Below, one piece after another: positions 38,547 through 48,209 of a stretch of 64,000 nt of DNA. Positions within the stretch are counted from its first letter, which is position 1, and the number at the start of each line of letters is the position of its first letter. A model generated the notes under the pieces. The model was given only the letters and a program-made list of their open reading frames with translations, did no database searches and had not been told where the DNA came from. The stretch lies in IMG/VR virus record IMGVR_UViG_3300033513_000004, positions 2,053 through 66,052 of that record; one strand, given 5' to 3'. The position numbers and the translations under genes are program-made. This stretch comes from a virus. Lineage: Duplodnaviria > Caudoviricetes.

Positions 38547-38753
38547 TCATCGGTACCTCTTCATCAGAATCCCAAAGGTCTCAACGCGGTACTGGGGGTT
38601 CCCGCGAGCGAGCTTGTCGGCGGCATCCTCGGGATCTTCGTGGTCCCAGGGAGCAAAGGTCTCGACTACAAGTCCGATGTCATTGTAGACTGCATAGACG
38701 TTGATAGTCGGTTTCTCCAGCATGTACAATTTCCCCACGGCTTCCTTCTTCAC
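38547..38753 (-). CDS. hypothetical protein (tandem paralog of 38750-38980)
   Basis: Shared YA....G..V.TF.PWD..DP..AA...V.TF.IL pattern. Confidence 0.55.
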   Translation of the reverse strand: MKKEAVGKLYMLEKPTINVYAVYNDIGLVVETFAPWDHEDPEDAADKLARGNPQYRVETFGILMKRYR

Positions 38754-38980
38754 GGATTCACCTCTTTCAGCAGAATCTCAAAGGTTTTGACCTGCCACTC
38801 CTTGACCCGACACTTTTTATAGCCATACTCATATGCTGCATACATTGGGTCCTTGTAGTCCCAGGGGGTGAACGTCTTAACCGGGAATCCGCTAGCGTCG
38901 CAGATTGCATAGATCAAAAGCCCAAGGTACTGCATAGCTTTCTTCTTTGGTGGTGTTGGTAAACCCTTATTCCCTCTCAA
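38750..38980 (-). CDS. hypothetical protein (tandem paralog of 38547-38753)
   Basis: Shared pattern with the neighbouring gene, GTGA-type overlap. Confidence 0.55.
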   Translation of the reverse strand: MRGNKGLPTPPKKKAMQYLGLLIYAICDASGFPVKTFTPWDYKDPMYAAYEYGYKKCRVKEWQVKTFEILLKEVNP

Positions 38981-39104
38981 CCCTGTCCTCCTTCTCCCTC
39001 TTCTTCCGCTTCTGCTCCTCTTCCCGTTGCTGCTTCTTCTGCATCCTCTCCTCCCATGCGGAGAGTTTCTCGTTCAGGGTCTTGTCTTCTGACATGATCT
39101 ACTC

Positions 39105-39296
39105 CTACCACATTTTGATCTTGTTGAATGCTTCCTCTATTTCGGGGTCATCCAGGTAAGTAAGCAAGGAAGCAATTGCATCCGAAGTATTACTCTCAGG
39201 ATCGTAAGAAGTCTTTGCTAACTTACGGAGGGTAGATAGTAGTTTCCCCCTACGGTCTTCCTTATGTTTTGCCCTAGCTAACCTGTCCACCACCAT
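39105..39296 (-). CDS. small phage protein (paralog of 37030-37182)
   Basis: DAIASLLTYLDDPEIEEAFNKIKMW. Confidence 0.5.
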   Translation of the reverse strand: MVVDRLARAKHKEDRRGKLLSTLRKLAKTSYDPESNTSDAIASLLTYLDDPEIEEAFNKIKMW

Positions 39297-39337
39297 CCCC
39301 TCCCTTCATCTTCTCTTCTCCAACAATCTATAAGTGG

Positions 39338-39366
39338 AATCTACGGTCCACCCCCTGGGTTGTCAA
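39338..39366 (-). promoter_or_regulatory. promoter TTGACA-N17-TAGATT
   Basis: Exact hexamers, overlapping the 3' end of polA. Confidence 0.7.
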
Positions 39367-42004
39367 GGTATTTCTCCATCTTGTCCCAACTATTTCCAAC
39401 CTTGGTCTCCACGTTGATAACGAGACCATCAAGTTGGGGCACCGGAGACTCCATGATCCTGGTAGCCTTGGCTACCAGGGCCGGGACCACTGCCTCTGGG
39501 GCCTCGAACAACACGGAGTCATGGATCAAGGCCCTGATCGGAGTACGTCCCTCATCCATGTCTCCCAGATAGTCGCCATCTCCCCGGTCCATCATCCTGA
39601 GACAAGCCTCGGCCAAGACCCCAAAGGCGGCAGACTGGGCTGGGAACGCCACGCACCTCTTGGCATCGTCTCCCCAGATGAGCCTCCCATTAATGTCGGT
39701 CCGGGAAACCTCCCAGAAGTAGTGCTTAAATTTGAATGGATGGTTGTCTCCCCCAATATATCCGCTGGCAGCGGCGGTGTCTCGTAACTCCCGATGCCAC
39801 CCGTGGATCTTGGGGCAGAGATCGAAGTATCCCTGCTGGACCTTGGTGGCAGCGTTGACGGACTTGAAGGTATCTGGGTAGTTGGCATGCATCCCGAAGG
39901 GGGACATCCCATAGTTTGAGCCATGCACGCAACGTTTGGACATGTCGTACTCGAGGGGATGAGCTGCTTTGATCTTCTTCAGATAGGCCCTGAGGGTCTC
40001 GTCGTCCCAGGATAGGTCCGCTGGCTTACCCACTAGAGAGGCGGTCAGGAATGCATGGACTCCGATCTTGGCCAACCTGATATAGTCGGGGTCCTTCATA
40101 AACCAACCCACCAGGACAGCCTCGATACCTGAGTAATCCACCTCTACCAGCAGTTTCCCCGGGGCAGCCACCACGCAACGTCTGAACCCAGCAGCGAAGG
40201 AGTCTTCCCCATTCTTGTCCGCCACGACGTTCTGTAGATTGGGGTTGACGCAGGATAGTCGCATCGTGGAGGGCTTGTGCAGGAAACTGGGGTGGACCCT
40301 CCCATCCCTGAGTCTAGCCCTCGTCCCATCCACATAGGTCCCCTTGATCTTATCCACCGCACGGTAATCGAGGATGTCCCCGAAGATGGGATCTACCCGG
40401 ACCAGCTTCTCCAGGGTCTTCTTGTCGGTGGAGGGCTTGGAGGTTTTCTTCTTCTTCCCACCCTTGCCACCCTTCACCCCAATGTGGCTCATGTAGGCCA
40501 GGATCTGGTCGGAAGAGGATGGGTTGAACTCCTCTTCTAGGACCCAACGCTTCACCATAACCTCTGCCTTGGAGACATTGGGAGTCTTGGTCTTGTCCTT
40601 GCATCGGTGCTTAACTGATACATCTATAGCGGAGCAGGATAGACATACCTTGGTGGTGTCCTTGATCTCCCTCTGCTCCGCCCCCGCTGGGATTACCTTT
40701 GGCTTCTTCTTCCAGACCTTGGTGTTGAGGACGGATCTGGGGACCTTGGCTCTGATGTCATCCAGCTTGGCGGTGTACTTCTGCTCCAACTCCTTTCCAA
40801 ACTCCTCCAGAGCTACTACGTCGATCCCTAGACCTACTCTCTCTGCTGGGTTGAGCACGATCTCATCCAGCATGTGGCAGTAGCGATAGTAGACATCCCA
40901 CCTACCCTCATCTTGGAGATCCCTTGCTACTCCTTGTGCCACTCTCAGGGTCTGAACCGCGTCCAGTGCCGCGTAGAGTCCAGGCTTGCTGCTTGATAGG
41001 TGCTTCCATGCCCCATACGATGAGTACATGGGGGCCACGAAGCCGAGACTTCTAGGGAGATCGCTCTGGAGCACATGCCACATGTCCATGGCGTCCAAGG
41101 CAGGGGAGCGGACCGGGACTCCCGCTGCCTCCAAGTGGGTCATGTCGAACCGGCGGTTCCAGAGGATCTTGACTCCATTGCCTTGGAGTAAAGTCTGTAT
41201 GTAGGGAATATAGGGGGGAGTCCATGGAACCGTAACCCCCTCATCGGTCCTGTAACTGAAGTTTATCCTGGTGATACTGGCTAGAGACCCATCCCAGTCC
41301 TCCTCGTCTGCGGAACTCCTCGGAGTCTCGATATCGACTGCCAGCCAAACGTCCCGGTTCCCTGAGACCCCCATGTACCCATCAACCCACCCTCCAAATA
41401 GCTCTGGAGATGGGTCGATCAAGCACCTGGCGTAGGTCTCGTAGGGGGGAGCCCCTGTCTCCATGAACGATCTTGCTACCGAGAGATCATGGAGGAACAC
41501 TTGGGCCAGCTTCATGTTCCCATGTAGTAGGTAGGCCGGATGATAGGTATAGACGAATGCCCTATCTCCCTCCATAGTATGGGTCCCATGCCAGTAGTCG
41601 GCGGAATACTCCTTGGGCTCGACTCCACCGATGACCCTGGCAGCGGTGGCTCCCAACAGAAGGACTACCGAATGTCCCTCCCCTAGAGTACCCTTCCAGT
41701 TACGGGTGCAGTGATAGATGGCCGATCTCTCCCAAGGAGCCCCAACGAGCCAATCCTTGGGAGGCTGGCATCGGATGCAGTTGTCTACCCTGACATCCTC
41801 CCGCTTGATCCCCAGTTCCCGCAGGGATCTATCAAGGAGATGCCCGGCAGGGCCGACGAAGGGCTTTCCCTCCAACGCTTCGGCCCTGCCAAGGGCCTCC
41901 CCGAAGATGACCAACTTGGAGTCTACCGGCCCACTGGCCGGGGCATAGCCAGTCCCCTTCTCCCACAAGGGACATCCCGAGCAGGAGTCGGGCTTGGGGA
42001 GCAT
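39341..42004 (-). CDS. polA: family A DNA polymerase with N-terminal family-4 uracil-DNA-glycosylase-like domain and 3'-5' exonuclease
   Basis: UDG: CSGC, GEALG, PFVGPAG, CQPP, YHPAY. Exo: DIET, NRRFD, YAALD. Pol: DYSGIE, KRCVHGSNYG, IHDS. Start at MLPKP (TAATG overlap). Confidence 0.9.
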   Translation of the reverse strand: MLPKPDSCSGCPLWEKGTGYAPASGPVDSKLVIFGEALGRAEALEGKPFVGPAGHLLDRSLRELGIKREDVRVDNCIRCQPPKDWLVGAPWERSAIYHCTRNWKGTLGEGHSVVLLLGATAARVIGGVEPKEYSADYWHGTHTMEGDRAFVYTYHPAYLLHGNMKLAQVFLHDLSVARSFMETGAPPYETYARCLIDPSPELFGGWVDGYMGVSGNRDVWLAVDIETPRSSADEEDWDGSLASITRINFSYRTDEGVTVPWTPPYIPYIQTLLQGNGVKILWNRRFDMTHLEAAGVPVRSPALDAMDMWHVLQSDLPRSLGFVAPMYSSYGAWKHLSSSKPGLYAALDAVQTLRVAQGVARDLQDEGRWDVYYRYCHMLDEIVLNPAERVGLGIDVVALEEFGKELEQKYTAKLDDIRAKVPRSVLNTKVWKKKPKVIPAGAEQREIKDTTKVCLSCSAIDVSVKHRCKDKTKTPNVSKAEVMVKRWVLEEEFNPSSSDQILAYMSHIGVKGGKGGKKKKTSKPSTDKKTLEKLVRVDPIFGDILDYRAVDKIKGTYVDGTRARLRDGRVHPSFLHKPSTMRLSCVNPNLQNVVADKNGEDSFAAGFRRCVVAAPGKLLVEVDYSGIEAVLVGWFMKDPDYIRLAKIGVHAFLTASLVGKPADLSWDDETLRAYLKKIKAAHPLEYDMSKRCVHGSNYGMSPFGMHANYPDTFKSVNAATKVQQGYFDLCPKIHGWHRELRDTAAASGYIGGDNHPFKFKHYFWEVSRTDINGRLIWGDDAKRCVAFPAQSAAFGVLAEACLRMMDRGDGDYLGDMDEGRTPIRALIHDSVLFEAPEAVVPALVAKATRIMESPVPQLDGLVINVETKVGNSWDKMEKYLDNPGGGP

Positions 42005-42651
42005 TACGCCTTTCGGAAGTTGTCGAACTGGGAGAATGCTCTCAGGACCGCTCCACACTTGCAGGAGAACCGCTCTGCGAATTTGCCCTCAACCTGGGGG
42101 ATCGGGAACACTTCCGTCCCGTCCCGCTTCTTGTAGCCACGGTCCGCGTAGCGACGCCCGCAACCGTGCTTCCCGGAGATCTGCTCCCCGTTCTCGTCGT
42201 AGATGTTAGCATTGGAGTTGCAGTTGGCGGTCCAGCCATGACGAGCCCGGAACTTGCTGCCTGCGTGGGACATGACTGCCTGGTACAGGGATGCAGCCGT
42301 GGGGATGGGTGCCGTGTGACCAAAGCCCCCCACCAGCAGGAAGTGCAAATCGCTTGCGGTCTTCCCCGCGACGGTCCGGGGAAGGGCCGAGAATCGAGCC
42401 CTGACCCGAGTGCCATCCAGGGTGGTCAGTCTTGCATCGTCAGCCAGCACCAGCAGTGGATAGACTTCCCCACTGGAGGACATGACCTTGTCCCATGCTC
42501 CCTCCATGACCTCATAGCTGGGGAGTACGAGGATCAGATCGTCGCTGGGCTGGGGGAGGGGTGCGAACCCTGCCCCAGGCTGATCCGGTAGGTTCTTGGT
42601 GTCAATGGGGAGTTGTGTGTCAGTGAATCCGAGTTCTTGCCACTTTGCCAT
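42004..42651 (-). CDS. putative ssDNA-binding protein with Zn-binding insertion
   Basis: 215 aa just upstream of polA. OB-like alternation, with C...C...CKC residues. Confidence 0.4.
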   Translation of the reverse strand: MAKWQELGFTDTQLPIDTKNLPDQPGAGFAPLPQPSDDLILVLPSYEVMEGAWDKVMSSSGEVYPLLVLADDARLTTLDGTRVRARFSALPRTVAGKTASDLHFLLVGGFGHTAPIPTAASLYQAVMSHAGSKFRARHGWTANCNSNANIYDENGEQISGKHGCGRRYADRGYKKRDGTEVFPIPQVEGKFAERFSCKCGAVLRAFSQFDNFRKA

Positions 42652-42665
42652 CTACTATTCTCCTT

Positions 42666-42986
42666 TTAGTTAGAGATAAGCCACTTGAAAGCGAACGCCT
42701 GTGGGTACAACAGAAACTGCGCCCCTGCTCCGAAGCATATGAAGGATAGGAATACCCCCATTACGAGGGAAACCCTCCCACCGAGGACATCGTCCTTCAT
42801 CTGGCGCCAACCTAGCAATCCTAGAGTTAGCAGCACAAGTCCAAGCCCAAGAAACATGTACCCATTCAATCTAGCCGAACCGACGGCCTGTTGCCAAAGT
42901 TCACTGCGACCGATCTTCTCAAGCACCGCCTCTAGTTCTTGTGCAGTCATACGACTATCCTCCTCCCTCCTCCCATGGACCCCCAC
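42666..42986 (-). CDS. two-TM membrane protein
   Basis: Two hydrophobic helices. Start probably at MTAQEL. Confidence 0.5.
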   Translation of the reverse strand: MGVHGRREEDSRMTAQELEAVLEKIGRSELWQQAVGSARLNGYMFLGLGLVLLTLGLLGWRQMKDDVLGGRVSLVMGVFLSFICFGAGAQFLLYPQAFAFKWLISN

Positions 42987-43157
42987 ACCACTTCACCAAG
43001 TCCTCCAACAGCTCCTCGATACGTCCCAAGCGCCTAGCCATCAACACCAGCATCGTCTCCTTGGGGCAGACGCCGTCGCTGAAGTTGAGATCCTCCAAGC
43101 CATCGAGGAAGATGTCCTCCGATGCTCGGGCAGTTTTGGGGTCTGCCATGCTACCCC

Positions 43158-43859
43158 CTATGCTCTTGGAAGCTTCCCCACTGGCGGAGGTGCCGCAGGA
43201 GGTAGCTTGGTTGTCCCCGGTATGGGGGTTGCGGTTGTATTCACGATGACTGCCTCTACTGGTGGAGGATCTACGTGTCTAGGGATGTCCGGCAGAGTTG
43301 GCCTGACCGAGGGAGGGGTGATCCTCCGAGGACCCTCCTGGGATGGGGCTTGTGCGGTTGAAATCTGGGCGATCTCCGTCTCATCGAGCATGCCCAGCCC
43401 CACGATGGAGTAGGTGACTCTCCGCTTGGCCTGGGTGACGGCCTTCTTGAAGCCATTGGCGAGGGCATCCCCAACATACCCATCTATCGGGACAGCCCCA
43501 ATGTCCTCATCGTAACGTCCGTCAGGGAGAGTCGCACGGACCTGCGCCACGTAGACCCCATCCATGATCTTTTGCTCGGTGATCTGGAGGGAGATGTTGT
43601 GGATTCTGTGGAGTTGGTCCGCGCAGGACTTCTTGGCGTAGGGGGTGAGTTTCCCATTGAGTATGATCCACTGAAAGGGCTGGAGCCTCATGTCCACCCC
43701 CAGATCCTCGCAGAGGTTCTTCATGTAGTAGAGGCGCTGCTCCTGGGTCAGGGCAGAGAAGTCCCCATACATGACGCACTTCTCGATTGCATCTACGTCT
43801 GCCTTGGAGAGGGCTGCCTTCTCCGGGACGACTGCTACTTCGGTATGCTCATCAGTCAC
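43158..43859 (-). CDS. single-strand annealing protein (RecT/Red-beta-like)
   Basis: L..EQRL.Y...LC..LG...QPF, ANGFKKAVTQAKRRVTYSIVGLGMLDETE, followed by a Pro-rich tail. Confidence 0.65.
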   Translation of the reverse strand: MTDEHTEVAVVPEKAALSKADVDAIEKCVMYGDFSALTQEQRLYYMKNLCEDLGVDMRLQPFQWIILNGKLTPYAKKSCADQLHRIHNISLQITEQKIMDGVYVAQVRATLPDGRYDEDIGAVPIDGYVGDALANGFKKAVTQAKRRVTYSIVGLGMLDETEIAQISTAQAPSQEGPRRITPPSVRPTLPDIPRHVDPPPVEAVIVNTTATPIPGTTKLPPAAPPPVGKLPRA

Positions 43860-44508
43860 AGTGGTTCTCCTTCTGACATTCCTCGCGCCAATCCTTTATG
43901 TCGAATGGTTCCCCATCCCCTTTGTGCAGTGGCTCAATTTTATGGATAGTATCATCGTCGTGGGTTACCCAACAAGACTTACCAGCCAAGGCTGAGAAGC
44001 GGAATACCCCAACAGCTCGGAGCAGTCTTCGCAAAAAGTCTGCCCCATCTCTACCGAGGATCATGGGTAACCCCTGTACTCCGAAGTCCTCGTAGTCAAA
44101 GTCGATTAGTGGGATCATGAAACCATGACCTTCGATTACCAGATCAATGTTCTTCCCAATCTTGGCCAAATGTCTTTCCATTACCTATCCTCCAAATACC
44201 TGAATTAGGGCAACAACCACAAGTACCAGCATGACAGCAGTGAGTACACCCCACCCGAGCAGTGCGAGAAGGAATGCGATGCCATCTAACTTGTCGTTTA
44301 TTCGTTTAAAGGAGTTCATCCTTCTCTGACTCGGCATGGTACAAGACCCCCCTTTTCAGGGCATCTACTAGGTAAGAGAATGGCTGTCCCTGTAGCCATT
44401 CGGCAGCCACCGATGAATTTAGATCCTCATTCCACACTCGGTAGCCTCCGGTCAAACACCAGGCAAGCGTATGAAGCTCATTAATCCGTCTCCACCCCAC
44501 CATAGCCA

Positions 44509-45777
44509 TCATTCCTCCTCCCACGGCTGTAGAGGGAGATCAATCCCCCTGGACTTGGCCTGCTCCGCCTCCGGGGTGTGGTGGGGGAGCCTCTGTTCAT
44601 AGAGCCCGCTCCCGATGGGGTCCCTCCACCCAGTACGGTAGAAGCAGATGTCATTGAACTCACAGGTGCTGCTATAACTAGTACATTTGTAGGATCGGGG
44701 GAAGATCCTGTCCAAGGTGGACTCAACGTCTTCCTTTGACTCCTTGGCCCCATAGACAGTCCAGAGGTTCCTCACCCATCGTTCCTCCTCTGCAACCATC
44801 TCCCGACAGAATGTCTCTACCATGCTGCGGTCCCGCTCGTAGGGACCCACCAGGATGAAGCAGTCGTCCAACTGCTCCTTGGCCAAGCACTCCATGACCC
44901 AGAACTCGGGGATGGACATCTCGGGGGGCTTCTGTACGAAGTCTGCCCTCCACAGGGGTAGCTTGTCCGCCCAGTAACCGGCGGTGCTCCAGGTTGTCCC
45001 CCGCTTGGCAGGGGGGGATGGGGGGGTTATCTTGGCGTAGCACAGATGTGAATATTGCCTTTTGTATGGGAGGTTTTCCCCTCCCTTCTTAAAGAATCCA
45101 CGAGATCCCTTTAACAAGCCATGCATGTAGAAGTGGTTGATGTCCTCCCCAAGCCGAAGTTCGGCTCCCACGCTTCCCACCAACATCTGAATGGAGGTTC
45201 TCCACTCCTCGATCCAGGCATCGGAGACACTGCTCGCGGTCTTGAAGTCGTGGGTCCCAAGCCTACCATCCTCCTTGCGTCTCAGGATGCAGTCGGGGCG
45301 GGACATCTCCATGATCCCAGAGCATGCCTCCAAGTGGCCACTCGGGTGAATCCCCCGACCACAGGAGCACCCTGCCACGAACTGCTCCTCCTGCTCGATG
45401 GCCACGATCTCGAACTCCTTCTGGATGATGGGATACATCACCCGATACCACGCCCAGATCATCCCCTGGATCAGGACCGACTGCTCCTGAGCTATGAACT
45501 CCTGTTCCTGGGGGTCGTACCCATTGAGGGGCCTGGACTCCACCAACTTGGCATAGTTCCCAGCTTGGGTGGAGATTATCTCACGCACCCCTGCCCTATC
45601 GGGTCCCTTCCTGAGGATCTGCTCTAGTCCTGCGTGGACAAAGGTTCCGGTTGCGAGGGGAACGTAGGTTCGCTTTCTGGAGATCCCGTAGCCTGAGTCC
45701 CCTGAATGGTACTTGAGGTATCTACGACGAGGGCACTCAAACCCAGTGACGTATCTTGATCTGTCTGTGAGCCACAC
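44509..45777 (-). CDS. PD-(D/E)XK exonuclease, Cas4/RecB-like with Fe-S cysteines
   Basis: CPRRRY at the N-terminus, RPD...HDFKT catalytic motif, C....C....C at the C-terminus. Near the SSAP. Confidence 0.8.
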   Translation of the reverse strand: MWLTDRSRYVTGFECPRRRYLKYHSGDSGYGISRKRTYVPLATGTFVHAGLEQILRKGPDRAGVREIISTQAGNYAKLVESRPLNGYDPQEQEFIAQEQSVLIQGMIWAWYRVMYPIIQKEFEIVAIEQEEQFVAGCSCGRGIHPSGHLEACSGIMEMSRPDCILRRKEDGRLGTHDFKTASSVSDAWIEEWRTSIQMLVGSVGAELRLGEDINHFYMHGLLKGSRGFFKKGGENLPYKRQYSHLCYAKITPPSPPAKRGTTWSTAGYWADKLPLWRADFVQKPPEMSIPEFWVMECLAKEQLDDCFILVGPYERDRSMVETFCREMVAEEERWVRNLWTVYGAKESKEDVESTLDRIFPRSYKCTSYSSTCEFNDICFYRTGWRDPIGSGLYEQRLPHHTPEAEQAKSRGIDLPLQPWEEE

Positions 45778-46096
45778 CGCTTCAACTCCTCCTGGGCCAT
45801 AGAGATAGCCCTGGTTCTATCCACTTTCCCCCACCGGGATCTAACCCAAGCACCCTGGAGGTAGCCTTCCAACATGGAGCGTCTCCCCCGCATCCTGGCC
45901 AAGACCAGTCCGTCCGAGCAGGGAGGGATCGGGTTAGATCCAATCTCTTGGATAAACCCCAGTTCATCCCTGGTAGTCCATGTGTACTTGGGACCGGGAC
46001 CACTCACCCTTCCCTCCTTTTGGTCACTTTCATGGTTCTCTGCCCTCCCTGGATGAAGTGTGGGCTTGGGCCTTCTCTGCTTAGGGTGTGTTACCC

Positions 46097-46462
46097 CTAC
46101 CCCACCAAGTCATGAGCCGCTTTCTTGATATTTTCCAAGGTACCGGGACCGTGGCTGTCATTCTGGGAGGGGGTCTCATCCTCCTCCTGGTAGGGTCTGT
46201 CCTTCCACAGAGGGCACCCTCGGACGGGGCAGGAGGCTACTTCGACCCTCTGCCAACTGGAGCACTCAAGGCACTTGGCCCTAAGTCGTTGACGCATACC
46301 GAGATGCCCGGTTACTGACTTGATGTAGAGCGTCTGGTAGGTGGATGGGACCCCATCTGCCAACTTCCTGAGCAGTGGATCTTGGGGTAGTCTGGGCTTG
46401 GAAGCCCTCGCAGAACGGGCCTTATCCAACTGCTCCTTCGTGAACACCCTTCCTTTCCTCAT
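46097..46462 (-). CDS. zinc-finger protein
   Basis: RAKCLECS...EVASCPVRGCPLW. Confidence 0.6.
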   Translation of the reverse strand: MRKGRVFTKEQLDKARSARASKPRLPQDPLLRKLADGVPSTYQTLYIKSVTGHLGMRQRLRAKCLECSSWQRVEVASCPVRGCPLWKDRPYQEEDETPSQNDSHGPGTLENIKKAAHDLVG

Positions 46463-46700
46463 CTCACACGGGAAGTTCTTGGACGGCGTCCACATACTTT
46501 CGGGCTGAATACCTTCCCTCTCCCAGAATCCGCTCTCGGTTTGCTCTCCTAGCATATTCCCTGGCCTGTTCCCTAGAATGGCGCATAACGACCGGGACAG
46601 CCGATTGGGTGATCTGCCGGTAGACGACAACCCAAATGGGATCATACAATCCCGAGGCTTTCATCTTTCGGTATATCTCCATGTTTCTCCTCCTGCCCCC

Positions 46701-46729
46701 AATCTAGGCAGCATACAGGCTCCTGTCAA
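46701..46729 (-). promoter_or_regulatory. promoter TTGACA-N17-TAGATT
   Basis: Exact hexamers, followed by an aggagg RBS. Confidence 0.75.
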
Positions 46730-47037
46730 CAGGTATTTTTAGCCACCTAATGCAGGGTCTCCTTGGGAGCAGACCCCTCCAGGTAGGACACCCCAATCTG
46801 ATCCCCAGTCATGTCATTCCAGGTGGCAACGACCCCCTGAGCCAAGATGGGGAGGGTAACCCCCCCGGCCAGAGCTGCCGCCGTCGTAGACATGAGCAGG
46901 AGCAACAGAACCTTAGGGAGGTACTTCTCCCCCGTGGTCTCCTCTACATGGCAGAACGCCACCTTGAGGATCTTGGTAACCCCATCCCGGATCTGGTCTT
47001 GGGTGAGGGTGGGTCTAGACTCCATGATTACCTCCAT

Positions 47038-47267
47038 TGGCCAACTGCGGAATGACCATGCTGGCCAGCGATATCCCTAGTATGGGGGTATTGGCCACTG
47101 GAAAGTTGGCCATTTATACTACCCAGATTCTAAAGGACTTAGCCTGTGGATACGTGGATACAGCCGATTTGGCCAGGTTTGGCCAGCCGATTTCCCCTCC
47201 CGTAAGTTGTTGATTCTAAAGGACCGCATTTTTCAAATCCTCTAAACCCCGTGGCCAGCGTTGGCCA
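47038..47267. repeat. putative replication origin: 8 TGGCCA palindromes, DnaA-like box, IHF consensus
   Basis: TGGCCA at 47038, 47062, 47092, 47107, 47170, 47180, 47252, 47262. gattctaaaggac twice. tgtggatac at 47145. WATCAANNNNTTR on the - strand at 47203-47215. Confidence 0.6.
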
Positions 47268-47285
47268 GCCGCAAGTCTCTCAGTC

Positions 47286-48209
47286 CTATGGGGTTATTGG
47301 TTCCTCCATCTCCAGCCGTCTCCTCCTGGCTGTCCTATCGGACACCCCGAGGATGCTTGCGGCCCACTTATCCCGCTCCTTGGTACAGAGCCCAGGCCAG
47401 TGCTTGTCTACGAACTCGTAGGCTTCCCGGACGGACTTCTTGGTGGCCTCCTCGTGGAGGATGGGATTTAAACCTCCCTCCACCCTGACGATTAGTGGGG
47501 TTGCCCGCTCCCCAGCATGAGTCTTGGTATGCCTGACCCCGATCAAGTAGTTGTCTCGGTCTTTATGCACGATCCTGACTCCTACGTTAGCATGATTGCC
47601 CCAAGCCTGGGAGCCTGCGAATGCCTCATCCCCCATCTCCTCAGTATCGTCGGCCCGCTGTTTGCGGTCATGGTGGATAACGACAATAGCTGTGTCTGGG
47701 AAGATGCCTTGGAGGGCTCCATAGACTCTATGGGGAGTCTCGCTATCCTTGTCCGGCATTGTATGGATACAGCGTAGACAGTCTACGAATACACACTTGT
47801 AGTGGTACTCCTTGTGGTCACGTTTGAGGAATTCCCACAACCGGACATCCTGCTCGGTCCCCGTGGGGTTCAGGATATTCGAGGACTTCGGCCCGAACCG
47901 GATCTTGAGTTTGCCCTTGCAGTCTGGGAGTTTCATCTGTTGGATACGCTGGGCAAACAGCCTCATGGGCGTATCCAACTGTACGTACAGGACTGGTTCA
48001 ACTTGTTGGACTTGGAGCCCCCATAGCTCGGTCCCCGAGGCGATGGCTGCTGCCATGCAGGTGGTGATGGTTGTCTTGTAGGTCCCGAACTTCCCATGTA
48101 GCAGGATGATCCCCTCTACTGGGATATAGGGATCTAGAAGGAATCTCACCGGGGGCAGGTCTAGGCTCAGCAACTCCCCGATGTCCCAAGTCTTGTCACT
48201 GTCGGTCAT
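47286..48209 (-). CDS. RepA/AAA_25-type replicative helicase with C-terminal HTH
   Basis: Walker A GKFGTYKT, LYVQLD, Walker B VFVD, IHHDRK, AGSQAW, and C-terminal ASILGVSDRTARR. Confidence 0.75.
   Translation of the reverse strand: MTDSDKTWDIGELLSLDLPPVRFLLDPYIPVEGIILLHGKFGTYKTTITTCMAAAIASGTELWGLQVQQVEPVLYVQLDTPMRLFAQRIQQMKLPDCKGKLKIRFGPKSSNILNPTGTEQDVRLWEFLKRDHKEYHYKCVFVDCLRCIHTMPDKDSETPHRVYGALQGIFPDTAIVVIHHDRKQRADDTEEMGDEAFAGSQAWGNHANVGVRIVHKDRDNYLIGVRHTKTHAGERATPLIVRVEGGLNPILHEEATKKSVREAYEFVDKHWPGLCTKERDKWAASILGVSDRTARRRRLEMEEPITP

Noticed and set aside
42005-42058. N-terminal extension of PolA given by the ORF track
   Set aside because: It overlaps the upstream gene. The TAATG junction at 42004 and the immediate CxxC start favour MLPKP.
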